Origin: Balanoglossus misakiensis
Taxonomy: Eukaryota; Animalia; Hemichordata
Reading direction: 5' to 3'
Assembly: GCA_040954595.2 (NCBI GenBank)
Contig: CM082598.2
Coordinates: 7,455,097 to 7,519,096, forward strand
Length of the DNA stretch: 64,000 nt
This document shows positions 1-16,000 of the stretch, piece after piece. The position numbers and the translations under genes are program-made. The notes below the pieces were generated by a model that saw only the letters and a list, made by a program, of their open reading frames with translations, did no database searches and was not told where the DNA came from. The first letter of the stretch is position 1; every line of letters begins with the position of its first letter.

Positions 1-3000
1 TTTCAATAATTTACGAATTTTTTTGAGATTGTGCAAAGTTGAAAAATTGTCAATTTTTGATGATTTTCATGATCTATAACAAATGACTTTTTTCAAATAT
101 TGACGAAATTTTGAGATTTTGCAAATTGAAAAATTGTCATTTTTTGATGATTTTCAACCCATGATTTTTTTCAAAAATCGACGAAATTTTGAGATTTTGC
201 AAAGTTGAAAAATTTACATTTTTTGATGATTTTCAACCCATGATTTTTTTCAAAAATCGACGAAATTTTAAGATTTTGCGATGTTGAAAATTTTCATTTT
301 TTGATAATTTTCACCAGATATAATCATGATTTTTTTCAAAAATTGACGAAATTTTGAGATTTTGCGTAATAAAAAATGTGTCATTTTTTGATGATTTTCA
401 TGAGCTATAACCCATAATTTTTGTTCAAAAATCGACGAATTTTTGAGATTTCGCAAAGTCGAAAAATTGTAATTTTTTGATGATTTTCATGATCTATAAC
501 CCATGTTTTTTTCAAAAACGACTAATATTTGAGATTTCGCAAAGTTGACAAATTGTTTTTTTTGATGATTTTCAAGAGCTATAAACCCATGATTTTTTTT
601 TTAAATCGACGAATTTTTGAGATTTCGCAAAGTCGGCAAATTGTAATTTTTTGATGATTTTCATGATCTATAACCAATGATTTTTTTTCAAATATTGACG
701 AAATTTTGACATTTTGAAAAGTCGAAACAATTGTCATTTTTGATGATTATCAACCCATGATTTTTTTCAAATATTTACGAAATTTTGAGATTTTGCAAAG
801 TTGAAAAATTGTCAGTTTTTGATAATTTTCAACCCATGATTTTTTTCAAAAATTGACGAAATTTTGACTTTTTGCAAAGTTGAAAAATTGTCATTTTTTG
901 ATGATTTTCAAATCATGATTTTTTTCAAAAATTGACGAATTTTTTGGGTATTTTGCAAAGTTAAAAAAATTGTCATTTTTTGATGATTTTCAACACATGA
1001 TTTTTTTCATAAATGGACGAAATCTTGAGATTTTGCAAAGTTGAAAAATTATCATTTTTTGATGACTTTTAACCTATGATTTTTTTCAAATATTGACGAA
1101 ATTTTGAGATTTTGCAAAGTTGATAATTGTCATTTTTTGATGATTTTGAACCCATGATTTTTATCAAAAATCGACGAAATTTTGAGATTTTGCAAAGTTG
1201 AAAAATTATCATTTTTTGATGACTTTCAACCTATGATTTTTTTCAAATATTGACGAAATTTTGAGATTTTGAAAAGTTGATAATTGTCATTTTTTGATGA
1301 TTTTCAACCCATGATTTTTTTCAAAAATCGACGAAATTTTGAGATTTTGCAAAGTTGAAAAATTGTCCTTTTTTGATGATTTTCAACCCATGATTTTTTT
1401 TTTAAATCGACGAATTTTTGAGATTTTGCAAAGTCGACAAATTGTAATTTTTTGATGATTTTCATGATCTATAACCAATGATTTTTTTTCAAATATTGAC
1501 GAAATTTTTACATTTTGCAAAGTTGAAAAATTGTCATATTTTGATGATTTTCAACCCATGATTTTTTTCAAAAATCGACGAAATTTTGAGATTTTGCAAA
1601 GTTGAAAAATTGTCCTTTTTTGATGATTTTCAACCCATGATTTTTTTTTCAAAAATCGACGAAATGTTGAGATTTTGCAAAATAAAAAATGTGTCATTTT
1701 TTGATGATTTTCATGAGCTATAACCCATGATTTTTTTCAAAAAATCGACGAATTTTGAGATTTCGCAAAGTCGAAAAATTGTAATTTTTTGATGATTTTC
1801 ATGATCTTTAACCCGTTTTTTTCAAAAACGACTAATATTTGAGATTTCGCAAAGTCGACAAATTGTCGTTTTTTGATGATTTTCAACCCATGATTTTTTT
1901 CAAAAATCGACGAAATTTTGAGATTTTGCAAAGTTGAAAAATTGTCCTTTTTTGATGATTTTCAACCCATGATTTTTTTTTTAAATCGACGAATTTTTGA
2001 GATTTTGCAAAGTCGACAAATTGTAATTTTTTGATGATTTTCATGATCTTTAACCAATGATTTTTTTTCAAATATTGACGAAATTTTTACATTTTGCAAA
2101 GTTGAAAAATTGTCATATTTTGATGATTTTCAACCCATGATTTTTTTCAAAAATCGACGAAATTTTGAGATTTTGCAAAGTTGAAAAATTGTCCTTTTTT
2201 GATGATTTTCAACCCATGATTTTTTTTTCAAAAATCGACGAAATGTTGAGATTTTGCAAAATAAAAAATGTGTCATTTTTTGATGATTTTCATGAGCTAT
2301 AACCCATGATTTTTTTCAAAAATCGACGAAATTTTAAGATTTGCAATGTTGAAAATTGTCATTTTTTGATGATTTTCATAAGATATAATCATGATTTTTT
2401 TCAAAAATTGACGAAATTTTGAGATTTTGCAAAATAAAAAATGTGTCATTTTTTGATGATTTTCATGAGCTATAACCCATGATTTTTTTTCAAAAATCGA
2501 CGAATTTTTGAGATTTCGCAAAGTCGAAAAATTTTAATTTTTTGATGATTTTCATGATCTATAACCCATGTTTTTTTCAAAAACGACTAATATTTGAGAT
2601 TTCACAAAGTCGACAAATTGTCATTTTTTGATGATTTTCAAGAGCTATAAACCCAAGATTTTTTTTTAAATCGACGAATTTTTGAGATTTCGCAAAGTCG
2701 ACAAATTGTCATTTTTTGATGATTTTCAACCCATGATTTTTTTCAAAAATTGACGAAATTTTGACTTTTTGCACGGTTGAAAAATTGTCATTTTTTGATG
2801 ATTTTCAACCCATTATTTTTTTCATAAATGGACGAAATTTTGAGATTTTGCAAAGTTGAAAAATTATCATTTTTTGATGACTTTCAACCTATGATTTTTT
2901 TTCAAAAATCGACGAAATTTTAAGATTTGCAATGTTGAAAATTGTCATTTTTTGATGATTTTCATAAGATATAATCATGATTTTTTTCAAAAATTGACGA

Positions 3001-4479
3001 AATTTTGAGATTTTGCAAAATAAAAAATGTGTCATTTTTTGATGATTTTCATGAGCTATAACCCATGATTTTTTTTCAAAAATCGACGAAATTTTGAGAT
3101 TTTGCAAAGTTGAAAAATTATCATTTTTGATGACTTTCAACCTATGATTTCTTTCAAATATTGACGAAATTTTGAGATTTTGCAAAGTTGATAATTGTCA
3201 TTTATTGATGATTTTCAACCCATGATTTTTTTCAAAAATCGACGAAATTTTGAGATTTTGCAAAGTTGAAAAATTATCATTTTTGATGACTTTCAACCTA
3301 TGATTTCTTTCAAATATTGACGAAATTTTGAGATTTTGCAAAGTTGATAATTGTCATTTTTTGATGATTTTCAACCCATGATTTTTTTTCAAAAATCGAC
3401 GAAATTTTGAGATTTTGCAAAGTTCTAAAATTGTCATTTTTGATGACTTTCAACCCATGATTTTTTTCAAATATTGACGAAATTTGGAGATTTTGCAAAG
3501 TTGAAAAATTGTCATTTTTTGATGATTTTCAACCCATGATTTTTTTTCAAAAATCGACGAAATTTTGAGATTTTGCAAAGTTGAAAAATTGTCCTTTTTT
3601 GATGATTTTCAACCCATGATTTTTTTTCAAAAATTGACGAAATTTTGAGATTTTACACAGTTGAAAAATTTACATTTTTTGATGATTTTCAACCCATGAT
3701 TTTTTTTCAAAAATCGACGAAATTTTAAAATTTTGCAATGTTGAAAATTGTCATTTTTTGATGATTTTCATAAGATATAATCATGATTTTTTTTCAAAAA
3801 TCGACGAATTTTTGAGATTTCGCAAAGTCGAAAAATTGTAATTTTTCGATGATTTTCATGATCTATAACCCATGTTTTTTTCAAAAACGACTAATATTTG
3901 AGATTTCGCAAAGTCGACAAATTGTCATTTTTTGATGATTTTCAACTCATGATTTTTTTCAAATATTGACGAAATTTTGAGATTTTTCAAAGTTGAAAAA
4001 ATTGTCATTTTTTGATGATTTTCAAGAACTATGAACCCATGATTTTTTTCAAAAATCGACTAATTTTTGAGATTTCGCAAAGTCGAAAAATTGTAATTTT
4101 TTGATGATCTTCATGATCTATAACCCATGGTTTTTTTTCAAATTTACGAAGTTTTGAGATTTTGCAAGGTTTAAAAATTGTCATTTTTTGATAATTTTCA
4201 ACCCATGATTTTTTTCAAATATTGACGAAATTTTGAGATTTTGCAAAGTTGATAATTGTCATTTTTTGATGATTTTCAACCCATGATTTTTTTTCATAAA
4301 TCGACGAAATGTTGAGATTTTGCAAAGTTGAAAAATTGTCATTTTTGATGATTTTCAACCCATGATTTTTTTCATAAATGGACGAAATTTTGAGATTTTG
4401 CAAAGTTGAAAAATTATCATTTTTTGATGACTTTCAACCTATGATTTTTTTCAAATATTGACGAAATTTTGAGATTTTG

Positions 4480-7400
4480 CAAAGTTGAAAAGTTATCATT
4501 TTTTGATGACTTTCAACCTATGATTTTTTTCAAAAATCGACGAAATTTTGAGATTTTGCAAAGTTGAAAAATTGTCATTTTTTGATGATTTTCAACCCAT
4601 GATTTTTTTTGAAAAATCGACGAAATTTTGAGATTTTGCAAAGTTGAAAAATTGTCCTTTTTTGATGATTTTCAACCCATGATTTTTTTTCAAATATTGA
4701 CGAAATTTTGAGATTTTGCAAAGTTGAAAAATTGTCATTTTTGATGATTTTCAACCCATGATTTTTTTCAAAAATCGACGAAATTTTAAGATTTTGCAAT
4801 GTTGAAAATTGTCATTTTTTGATGATTTTCATAAGATATAATCATGATTTTTTTCAAAAATTGACGAAATTTTGAGATTTTGCAAAATAAAAAATGTGTC
4901 ATTTTTTGATGATTTTCATGAGCTATAACCCATGATTTTTTTTTTAAAAATCGACGAATTTTTGAGATTTCGCAAAGTCGAAAAATTTTAATTTTTTGAT
5001 GATTTTCATGATCTATAACCCATGTTTTTTTCAAAAACGACTAATATTTGAGATTTCGCAAAGTCGACAAATTGTCATTTTTTGATGATTTTCAAGAGCT
5101 ATAAACCCATGATTTTTTTTTAAATCGACGAATTTTTGAGATTTCGCAAAGTCGACAAATTGTAATTTTTTGATGATTTTCATGATCTATAACCAATGAT
5201 TTTTTTCAAATATTGACGAAATTTTTACATTTTGAAAAGTCGAAAAAATTGTCATTTTTTGATGATTATCAACCCATGATTTTTTTTTAAATCGACGAAT
5301 TTTTGAGATTTCGCAAAGTCGACAAATTGTAATTTTTTGATGATTTTCATGAGCTATAACCCATGATTTTTTTTTTAAAAATCGACGAATTTTTGAGATT
5401 TCGCAAAGTCGAAAAATTATCATTTTTTGATGACTTTCAACCTATGATTTTTTTCAAATATTGACGAAATTTTGAGATTTTTGCAAAATTGATAATTGTC
5501 ATTTTTTGATGATTTACAACCCATGATTTTTTTCAAAAATCGACGAAATTTTGAGATTTTGCAAAGTTGAAAAATTGCCATTTTTTGATGGTTTTCAACC
5601 CATGATTTTTTTTCAAAAATCGACGAAATTTTGAGATTTTGCAAAGTTGAAAAATTGTCCTTTTTTGATGATTTTCAACCCATGATTTTTTTCAAAAATT
5701 GACGAAATTTTGAGATTTTGCACAGTTGAAAAATTTACATTTTTTGATGATTTTCAACCCATGATTTTTTTCAAAAATCGACGAAATTTTAAAATTTTGC
5801 AATGTTGAGAATTGTCATTTTTTGATGATTTTCATAAGATATAATCATGATTTTTTTTCAAAAATCGACGAATTTTTGAGATTTCGCAAAGTCGACAAAT
5901 TGTCATTTTTTGATGATTTTCAAGAGCTATAAACCCATGATTTTTTTTTTAAATCGACGAATTTTTGAGATTTCGCAAAGTCGACAAATTGTCATTTTTT
6001 GATGATTTTCAACCCATGATTTTTTTCAAAAATTGACGAAATTTTGACTTTTTGCAAAGTTGAAAAATTGTCATTTTTTGATGATTTTCAAATCATGATT
6101 TTTTTCAAAAATTGACGAAATTTTGAGATTTTGCAAAGTTGATAATTGTCATTTATTGATGATTTTCAACCCATGATTTTTTTCAAAAATCGACGAAATT
6201 TTGAGATTTTGCAAAGTTGAAAAATTATCATTTTTGATGACTTTCAACCTATGATTTCTTTCAAATATTGACGAAATTTTGGGATTTTGCAAAGTTGAAA
6301 AAATGTCATTTTTTGATGATTTTCAACCCATGATTTTTTTCATAAATGGACGAAATTTTGAGATTTTGCAAAGTTGATAAATTATCATTTTTTGATGACT
6401 TTCAAGCTATGATTTTTTTCAAATATTGACGAAATTTTGAGATTTTGCAAAGTTGATAATTGTCATTTATTGATGATTTTCAACCCATGATTTTTTTCAA
6501 AAATCGACGAAATTTTGAGATTTTGCAAAGTTGAAAAATTATCATTTTTGATGACTTTCAACCTATGATTTCTTTCAAATATTGACGAAATTTTGAGATT
6601 TTGCAAAGTTGATAATTGTCATTTTTTGATGATTTTCAACCCATGATTTTTTTCAAAAATCGACGAAATTTTGAGATTTTGCAAAGTTGAAAAATTATCA
6701 TTTTTGATGACTTTCAACCTATGATTTCTTTCAAATATTGACGAAATTTTGGGATTTTGCAAAGTTGAAAAAATGTCATTTTTTGATGATTTTCAACCCA
6801 TGATTTTTTTCATAAATGGACGAAATTTTGAGATTTTGCAAAGTTGATAAATTATCATTTTTTGATGACTTTCAAGCTATGATTTTTTTCAAATATTGAC
6901 GAAATTTTGAGATTTTGCAAAGTTGATAATTGTCATTTATTGATGATTTTCAACCCATGATTTTTTTCAAAAATCGACGAAATTTTGAGATTTTGCAAAG
7001 TTGAAAAATTATCATTTTTGATGACTTTCAACCTATGATTTCTTTCAAATATTGACGAAATTTTGAGATTTTGCAAAGTTGATAATTGTCATTTTTTGAT
7101 GATTTTCAACCCATGATTTTTTTTCAAAAATCGACGAAATTTTGAGATTTTGCAAAGTTCTAAAATTGTCATTTTTGATGACTTTCAACCCATGATTTTT
7201 TTTCAAATATTGACGAAATTTGGAGATTTTGCAAAGTTGAAAAATTGTCCTTTTTTGATGATTTTCAACCCATGATTTTTTTCAAAAATTGACGAAATTT
7301 TGAGATTTTGCAAAGTTGAAAAGTTATCATTTTTTGATGACTTTCAACCTATGATTTTTTTCAAAAATCGACGAAATTTTGAGATTTTGCAAAGTTGAAA

Positions 7401-10400
7401 AATTGTCATTTTTTGATGATTTTCGACCCATGATTTTTTTTGAAAAATCGACGAAATTTTGAGATTTTGCAAAGTTGAAAAATTGTCCTTTTTTGATGAT
7501 TTTCAACCCATGATTTTTTTTCAAATATTGACGAAATTTTGAGATTTTGCAAAGTTGAAAAATTGTCATTTTTGATGATTTTCAACCCATGATTTTTTTC
7601 AAAAATCGACGAAATTTTAAGATTTTGCAATGTTGAAAATTGTCATTTTTTGATGATTTTCATAAGATATAATCATGATTTTTTTCAAAAATTGACGAAA
7701 TTTTGAGATTTTGCAAAATAAAAAATGTGTCATTTTTTGATGATTTTCATGAGCTATAACCCATGATTTTTTTTTTAAAAATCGACGAATTTTTGAGATT
7801 TCGCAAAGTCGAAAAATTTTAATTTTTTGATGATTTTCATGATCTATAACCCATGTTTTTTTCAAAAACGACTAATATTTGAGATTTCGCAAAGTCGACA
7901 AATTGTCATTTTTTGATGATTTTCAAGAGCTATAAACCCATGATTTTTTTTTTAAATCGACGAATTTTTGAGATTTCGCAAAGTCGACAAATTGTAATTT
8001 TTTGATGATTTTCATGATCTATAACCAATGATTTTTTTCAAATATTGACGAAATTTTTACATTTTGAAAAGTCGAAAAAATTGTCATTTTTTGATGATTA
8101 TCAACCCATGATTTTTTTCAAATATTCACGAAATTTTGAGATTTTGCACGGTTGAAAAATTGTCATTTTTTGATGATTTTCAACCCATGATTTTTTTCAA
8201 AAATCGACGAAATTTTGAGATTTTGCAAAGTTGAAAAATTTACATTTTTTGATGTTTTTTAACCCATGATTTTTTTCAAAAATCGACGAAATTTTAAGTT
8301 TTTGCAATGTTGAAAATTGTCATTTTTTGATGATTTTCATAAGATATAATCATGATTTTTTTCAAAAATTGACGAAATTTTGAGATTTTGCAAAATAAAA
8401 AATGTGTCATTTTTTGATGATTTTCATGAGCTATAACCCATGATTTTTTTTTTAAAAATCGACGAATTTTTGAGATTTCGCAAAGTCGAAAAATTATCAT
8501 TTTTTGATGACTTTCAACCTATGATTTTTTTCAAATATTGACGAAATTTTGAGATTTTGCAAAATTGATAATTGTCATTTTTTGATGATTTACAACCCAT
8601 GATTTTTTTCAAAAATCGACGAAATTTTGAGATTTTGCAAAGTTGAAAAATTGCCATTTTTTGATGGTTTTCAACCCATGATTTTTTTTCAAAAATCGAC
8701 GAAATTTTGAGATTTTGCAAAGTTGAAAAATTGTCCTTTTTTGATGATTTTCAACCCATGATTTTTTTCAAAAATTGACGAAATTTTGAGATTTTGCACA
8801 GTTGAAAAATTTACATTTTTTGATGATTTTCAACCCATGATTTTTTTCAAAAATCGACGAAATTTTAAAATTTTGCAATGTTGAGAATTGTCATTTTTTG
8901 ATGATTTTCATAAGATATAATCATGATTTTTTTTCAAAAATCGACGAATTTTTGAGATTTCGCAAAGTCGACAAATTGTCATTTTTTGATGATTTTCAAG
9001 AGCTATAAACCCATGATTTTTTTTTTAAATCGACGAATTTTTGAGATTTCGCAAAGTCGACAAATTGTCATTTTTTGATGATTTTCAACCCATGATTTTT
9101 TTCAAAAATTGACGAAATTTTGACTTTTTGCAAAGTTGAAAAATTGTCATTTTTTGATGATTTTCAAATCATGATTTTTTCAAAAATTGACGAAATTTTG
9201 AGATTTTGCAAAGTTGATAATTGTCATTTATTGATGATTTTCAACCCATGATTTTTTTCAAAAATCGACGAAATTTTGAGATTTTGCAAAGTTGAAAAAT
9301 TATCATTTTTGATGACTTTCAACCTATGATTTCTTTCAAATATTGACGAAATTTTGGGATTTTGCAAAGTTGAAAAAATGTCATTTTTTGATGATTTTCA
9401 ACCCATGATTTTTTTCATAAATGGACGAAATTTTGAGATTTTGCAAAGTTGATAAATTATCATTTTTTGATGACTTTCAAGCTATGATTTTTTTCAAATA
9501 TTGACGAAATTTTGAGATTTTGCAAAGTTGATAATTGTCATTTATTGATGATTTTCAACCCATGATTTTTTTCAAAAATCGACGAAATTTTGAGATTTTG
9601 CAAAGTTGAAAAATTATCATTTTTGATGACTTTCAACCTATGATTTCTTTCAAATATTGACGAAATTTTGAGATTTTGCAAAGTTGATAATTGTCATTTA
9701 TTGATGATTTTCAACCCATGATTTTTTTCAAAAATCGACGAAATTTTGAGATTTTGCAAAGTTGAAAAATTATCATTTTTGATGACTTTCAACCTATGAT
9801 TTCTCTCAAATATTGACGAAATTTTGAGATTTTGCAAAGTTGATAATTGTCATTTTTTGATGATTTTCAACCCATGATTTTTTTTCAAAAATCGACGAAA
9901 TTTTGAGATTTTGCAAAGTTCTAAAATTGTCATTTTTGATGACTTTCAACCCATGATTTTTTTTCAAATATTGACGAAATTTGGAGATTTTGCAAAGTTG
10001 AAAAATTGTCATTTTTTGATGATTTTCAACCCATGATTTTTTTTCAAAAATCGACGAAATTTTGAGATTTTGCAAAGTTGAAAAATTGTCCTTTTTTGAT
10101 GATTTTCAACCCATGATTTTTTTCAAAAATTGACGAAATTTTGAGATTTTGCAAAGTTGAAAAGTTATCATTTTTTGATGACTTTCAACCTATGATTTTT
10201 TTTTAAAATCGACGAAATTTTGAGATTTTGCAAAGTTGAAAAATTGTCATTTTTTGATGATTTTCGACCCATGATTTTTTTTGAAAAATCGACGAAATTT
10301 TGAGATTTTGCAAAGTTGAAAAATTGTCCTTTTTTGATGATTTTCAACCCATGATTTTTTTTCAAATATTGACGAAATTTTGAGATTTTGCAAAGTTGAA

Positions 10401-13000
10401 AAATTGTCATTTTTGATGATTTTCAACCCATGATTTTTTTCAAAAATCGACGAAATTTTAAGATTTTGCAATGTTGAAAATTGTCATTTTTTGATGATTT
10501 TCATAAGATATAATCATGATTTTTTTCAAAAATTGACGAAATTTTGAGATTTTGCAAAATAAAAAATGTGTCATTTTTTGATGATTTTCATGAGCTATAA
10601 CCCATGATTTTTTTTTTAAAAATCGACGAATTTTTGAGATTTCGCAAAGTCGAAAAATTTTAATTTTTTGATGATTTTCATGATCTATAACCCATGTTTT
10701 TTTCAAAAACGACTAATATTTGAGATTTCGCAAAGTCGACAAATTGTCATTTTTTGATGATTTTCAAGAGCTATAAACCCATGATTTTTTTTTTAAATCG
10801 ACGAATTTTTGAGATTTCGCAAAGTCGACAAATTGTAATTTTTTGATGATTTTCATGATCTATAACCAATGATTTTTTTCAAATATTGACGAAATTTTTA
10901 CATTTTGAAAAGTCGAAAAAATTGTCATTTTTTGATGATTATCAACCCATGATTTTTTTCAAATATTCACGAAATTTTGAGATTTTGCACGGTTGAAAAA
11001 TTGTCATTTTTTGATGATTTTCAACCCATGATTTTTTTCAAAAATCGACGAAATTTTGAGATTTTGCAAAGTTGAAAAATTTACATTTTTTGATGTTTTT
11101 TAACCCATGATTTTTTTCAAAAATCGACGAAATTTTAAGTTTTTGCAATGTTGAAAATTGTCATTTTTTGATGATTTTCATAAGATATAATCATGATTTT
11201 TTTCAAAAATTCACGAAATTTTGAGATTTTGCACGGTTGAAAAATTGTCATTTTTTGATGATTTTCATGAGCTATAACCCATGATTTTTTTTTTAAAAAT
11301 CGACGAATTTTTGAGATTTCGCAAAGTCGAAAAATTATCATTTTTTGATGACTTTCAACCTATGATTTTTTTCAAATATTGACGAAATTTTGAGATTTTG
11401 CAAAATTGATAATTGTCATTTTTTGATGATTTACAACCCATGATTTTTTTCAAAAATCGACGAAATTTTGAGATTTTGCAAAGTTGAAAAATTGCCATTT
11501 TTTGATGGTTTTCAACCCATGATTTTTTTTCAAAAATCGACGAAATTTTGAGATTTTGCAAAGTTGAAAAATTGTCCTTTTTTGATGATTTTCAACCCAT
11601 GATTTTTTTCAAAAATTGACGAAATTTTGAGATTTTGCACAGTTGAAAAATTTACATTTTTTGATGATTTTCAACCCATGATTTTTTTCAAAAATCGACG
11701 AAATTTTAAAATTTTGCAATGTTGAGAATTGTCATTTTTTGATGATTTTCATAAGATATAATCATGATTTTTTTTCAAAAATCGACGAATTTTTGAGATT
11801 TCGCAAAGTCGACAAATTGTCATTTTTTGATGATTTTCAAGAGCTATAAACCCATGATTTTTTTTTTAAATCGACGAATTTTTGAGATTTCGCAAAGTCG
11901 ACAAATTGTAATTTTTTGATGATTTTCATGATCTATAACCAATGATTTTTTTTCAAATATTGACGAAATTTTTACATTTTGCAAAGTTGAAAAATTGTCA
12001 TTTTTTGATGATTTTCAAATCATGATTTTTTTCAAAAATTGACGAAATTTTGAGATTTTGCAAAGTTGATAATTGTCATTTATTGATGATTTTCAACCCA
12101 TGATTTTTTTCAAAAATTGACGAAATTTTGACTTTTTGCAAAGTTGAAAAATTGTCATTTTTTGATGATTTTCAAATCATGATTTTTTTCAAAAATTGAC
12201 GAATTTTTGAGATTTTGCAAAGTTGATAATTGTCATTTATTGATGATTTTCAACCCATGATTTTTTTCAAAAATCGACGAAATTTTGAGATTTTGCAAAG
12301 TTGAAAAATTATCATTTTTGATGACTTTCAACCTATGATTTCTTTCAAATATTGACGAAATTTTGGGATTTTGCAAAGTTGAAAAAATGTCATTTTTTGA
12401 TGATTTTCAACCCATGATTTTTTTCATAAATGGACGAAATTTTGAGATTTTGCAAAGTTGATAAATTATCATTTTTTGATGACTTTCAAGCTATGATTTT
12501 TTTCAAATATTGACGAAATTTTGAGATTTTGCAAAGTTGATAATTGTCATTTATTGATGATTTTCAACCCATGATTTTTTTCAAAAATCGACGAAATTTT
12601 GAGATTTTGCAAAGTTGAAAAATTATCATTTTTGATGACTTTCAACCTATGATTTCTTTCAAATATTGACGAAATTTTGAGATTTTGCAAAGTTGATAAT
12701 TGTCATTTTTTGATGATTTTCAACCCATGATTTTTTTTCAAAAATCGACGAAATTTTGAGATTTTGCAAAGTTCTAAAATTGTCATTTTTGATGACTTTC
12801 AACCCATGATTTTTTTTCAAATATTGACGAAATTTGGAGATTTTGCAAAGTTGAAAAATTGTCATTTTTTGATGATTTTCAACCCATGATTTTTTTTCAA
12901 AAATCGACGAAATTTTGAGATTTTGCAAAGTTGAAAAATTGTCCTTTTTTGATGATTTTCAACCCATGATTTTTTTCAAAAATTGACGAAATTTTGAGAT
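4480..13000 (+). repeat. ~2.84-kb higher-order repeat of SatA, about three copies (boundaries approximate)
   Basis: Rare variant AGTTATCATT at 4491, 7322 and 10163 (spacing 2831, 2841). Identical pseudo-ORFs at 4786/7617/10458, 8514/11355 and 9806/12659. Confidence 0.85.
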
Positions 13001-16000
13001 TTTGCAAAGTTGAAAAATTTACATTTTTTGATGATTTTCAACCCATGATTTTTTTCAAAAATCGACGAAATTTTAAGTTTTTGCAATGTTGAAAATTGTC
13101 ATTTTTTGATGATTTTCATAAGATATAATCATGATTTTTTTTCAAAAATTGACGAATTTTTTGAGATTTCGCAAAGTCGAAAAATTGTAATTTTTGGATG
13201 ATTTTCATGATCTATAACCCATGTTTTTTTTCGAAAACGACTAATATTTGAGATTTCGCAAAGTTGAAAAATTATCATTTTTTGATGACTTTCAACCTAT
13301 GATTTTTTTCAAATATTGACGAAATTTTGAGATTTTGCAAAGTTGATAATTGTCATTTTTTGATGATTTACAACCCATGATTTTTTCCAAAATCGACGAA
13401 ATTTTGAGATTTTGCAAAGTTGAAAAATTGTCCTTTTTTGATGATTTTCAACCCATGATTTTTTTCAAAAATTGACGAAATTTTGAGATTTTGCACAGTT
13501 GAAAAATTTACATTTTTTGATGATTTTCAACCCATGATTTTTTTCAAAAATCGACGAAATTTTAAAATTTTGCAATGTTGAAAATTGTCATTTTTTGATG
13601 ATTTTCATAAGATATAATCATGATTTTTTTTCAAAAATCGACGAATTTTTGAGATTTCGCAAAGTCGAAAAATTGTAATTTTTGGATGATTTTCATGATC
13701 TATAACCCATGTTTTTTTCAAAAACGACTAATATTTGAGATTTCGCAAAGTCGACAAATTGTCATTTTTTGATGATTTTCAACTCATGATTTTTTTCAAA
13801 TATTGACGAAATTTTGAGATTTTTCAAAGTTGAAAAAATTGTCATTTTTTGATGATTTTCAAGAGCTATAAACCCATGATTTTTTTTCAAAAATCGACTA
13901 ATTTTTGAGATTTCGCAAAGTCGAAAAATTGTAATTTTTTGATGATCTTCATGATCTATAACCCATGGTTTTTTTTCAAATTTACGAAGTTTTGAGCTTT
14001 TGCAAGGTTGAAAAATTGTCATTTTTTAATGATTTTCAACCCATGATTTTTTTCAAATATTGACGAAATTTTGAGATTTTGCAAAGTTGATAATTGTCAT
14101 TTTTTGATGATTTTCAACCCATGATTTTTTTTCATAAATCGACGAAATGTTGAGATTTTGCAAAGTTGAAAAATTGTCATTTTTTGATGACTTTCAACCT
14201 ATGATTTTTTTCAAAAATCGACGAAATTTTAAGATTTGCAATGTTGAAAATTGTAATTTTTTGATGATTTTCATAAGATATAATCATGATTTTTTTCAAA
14301 AATTGACGAAATTTTGAGATTTTGCAAAATAAAAAATGTGTCATTTTTTGATGATTTTCATGAGCTATAACCCATGATTTTTTTTCAAAAATCGACGAAT
14401 TTTTGAGATTTCGCAAAGTCGAAAAATTTTAATTTTTTGATGATTTTCATGATCTATAACCCATGTTTTTTTCAAAAACGACTAATATTTGAGATTTCAC
14501 AAAGTCGACAAATTGTCATTTTTTGATGATTTTCAAGAGCTATAAACCCATGATTTTTTTTTTAAATCGACGAATTTTTGAGATTTCGCAAAGTCGACAA
14601 ATTGTCATTTTTTGATGATTTTCAACCCATGTTTTTTTCAAAAACGACTAATATTTGAGATTTCGCAAAGTCGACAAATTGTCATTTTTTGATGATTTTC
14701 AACTCATGATTTTTTTCAAATATTGACGAAATTTTGAGATTTTTCAAAGTTGAAAAAATTGTCATTTTTTGATGATTTTCAAGAGCTATAAACCCATGAT
14801 TTTTTTTCAAAAATCGACTAATTTTTGAGATTTCGCAAAGTCGAAAAATTGTAATTTTTTTATGATCTTCATGATATATAACCCATGGTTTTTTTTCAAA
14901 TTTACGAAGTTTTGAGATTTTGCAAGGTTGAAAAATTGTCATTTTTCAATGATTTTCAACCCATGATTTTTTTCAAATATTGACGAAATTTTGAGATTTT
15001 GCAAAGTTGATAATTGTCATTTTTTGATGATTTTCAACCCATGATTTTTTTTCATAAATCGACGAAATGTTGAGATTTTGCAAAGTTGAACAATTGTCAT
15101 TTTTTGATGATTTTCAACCCATGATTTTTTTCATAAATGGACGAAATTTTGAGATTTTGCAAAGTTGAAAAATTATCATTTTTTGATGACTTTCAACCTA
15201 TGATTTTTTTCAAATATTGACGAAATTTTGAGATTTTGCAAAGTTGAAAAATTATCATTTTTTGATGACTTTCAACCTATGATTTTTTTCAAAAATCGAC
15301 GAAATTTTAAGATTTGCAATGTTGAAAATTGTCATTTTTTGATGATTTTCATGAGCTATAACCCATGATTTTTTTTCAAAAATCGACGAATTTTTGAGAT
15401 TTCGCAAAGTCGAAAAATTTTAATTTTTTGATGATTTTCATGATCTATAACCCATGTTTTTTTCAAAAACGACTAATATTTGAGATTTCACAAAGTCGAC
15501 AAATTGTCATTTTTTGATGATTTTCAAGAGCTATAAACCCATGATTTTTTTTTTAAATCGACGAATTTTTGAGATTTCGCAAAGTCGACAAATTGTCATT
15601 TTTTGATGATTTTCAACCCATGATTTTTTTCAAAAATTGACGAAATTTTGACTTTTTGCAAAGTTGAAAAATTGTCATTTTTTGATGATTTTCAAATCAT
15701 GATTTTTTTCAAAAATTGACGAATTTTTTTGGGATTTTGCAAAGTTGAAAAATTGTCATTTTTTGATGATTATCAACCCATGATTTTTTTCATAAATGGA
15801 CGAAATTTTGAGATTTTGCAAAGTTGATAAATTATCATTTTTTGATGACTTTCAACCCATTTTTTTCAAAAATTTACGAAATTTTGAGATTTTACAAAGT
15901 TGAAAAATTGTCATTTTTTGATGATTTTCAACCCATGATTTTTTTCAAAAATCGACGAAATTTTAGGATTTTGCAAAGTTGAAAAATTGTCATTTTTTGA

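Noticed and set aside
100-180. CENP-B box or telomeric repeats in the satellites
   Set aside because: No TTCG-N4-A-N2-CGGG match and no TTAGGG/TTAGG runs were seen in either monomer.
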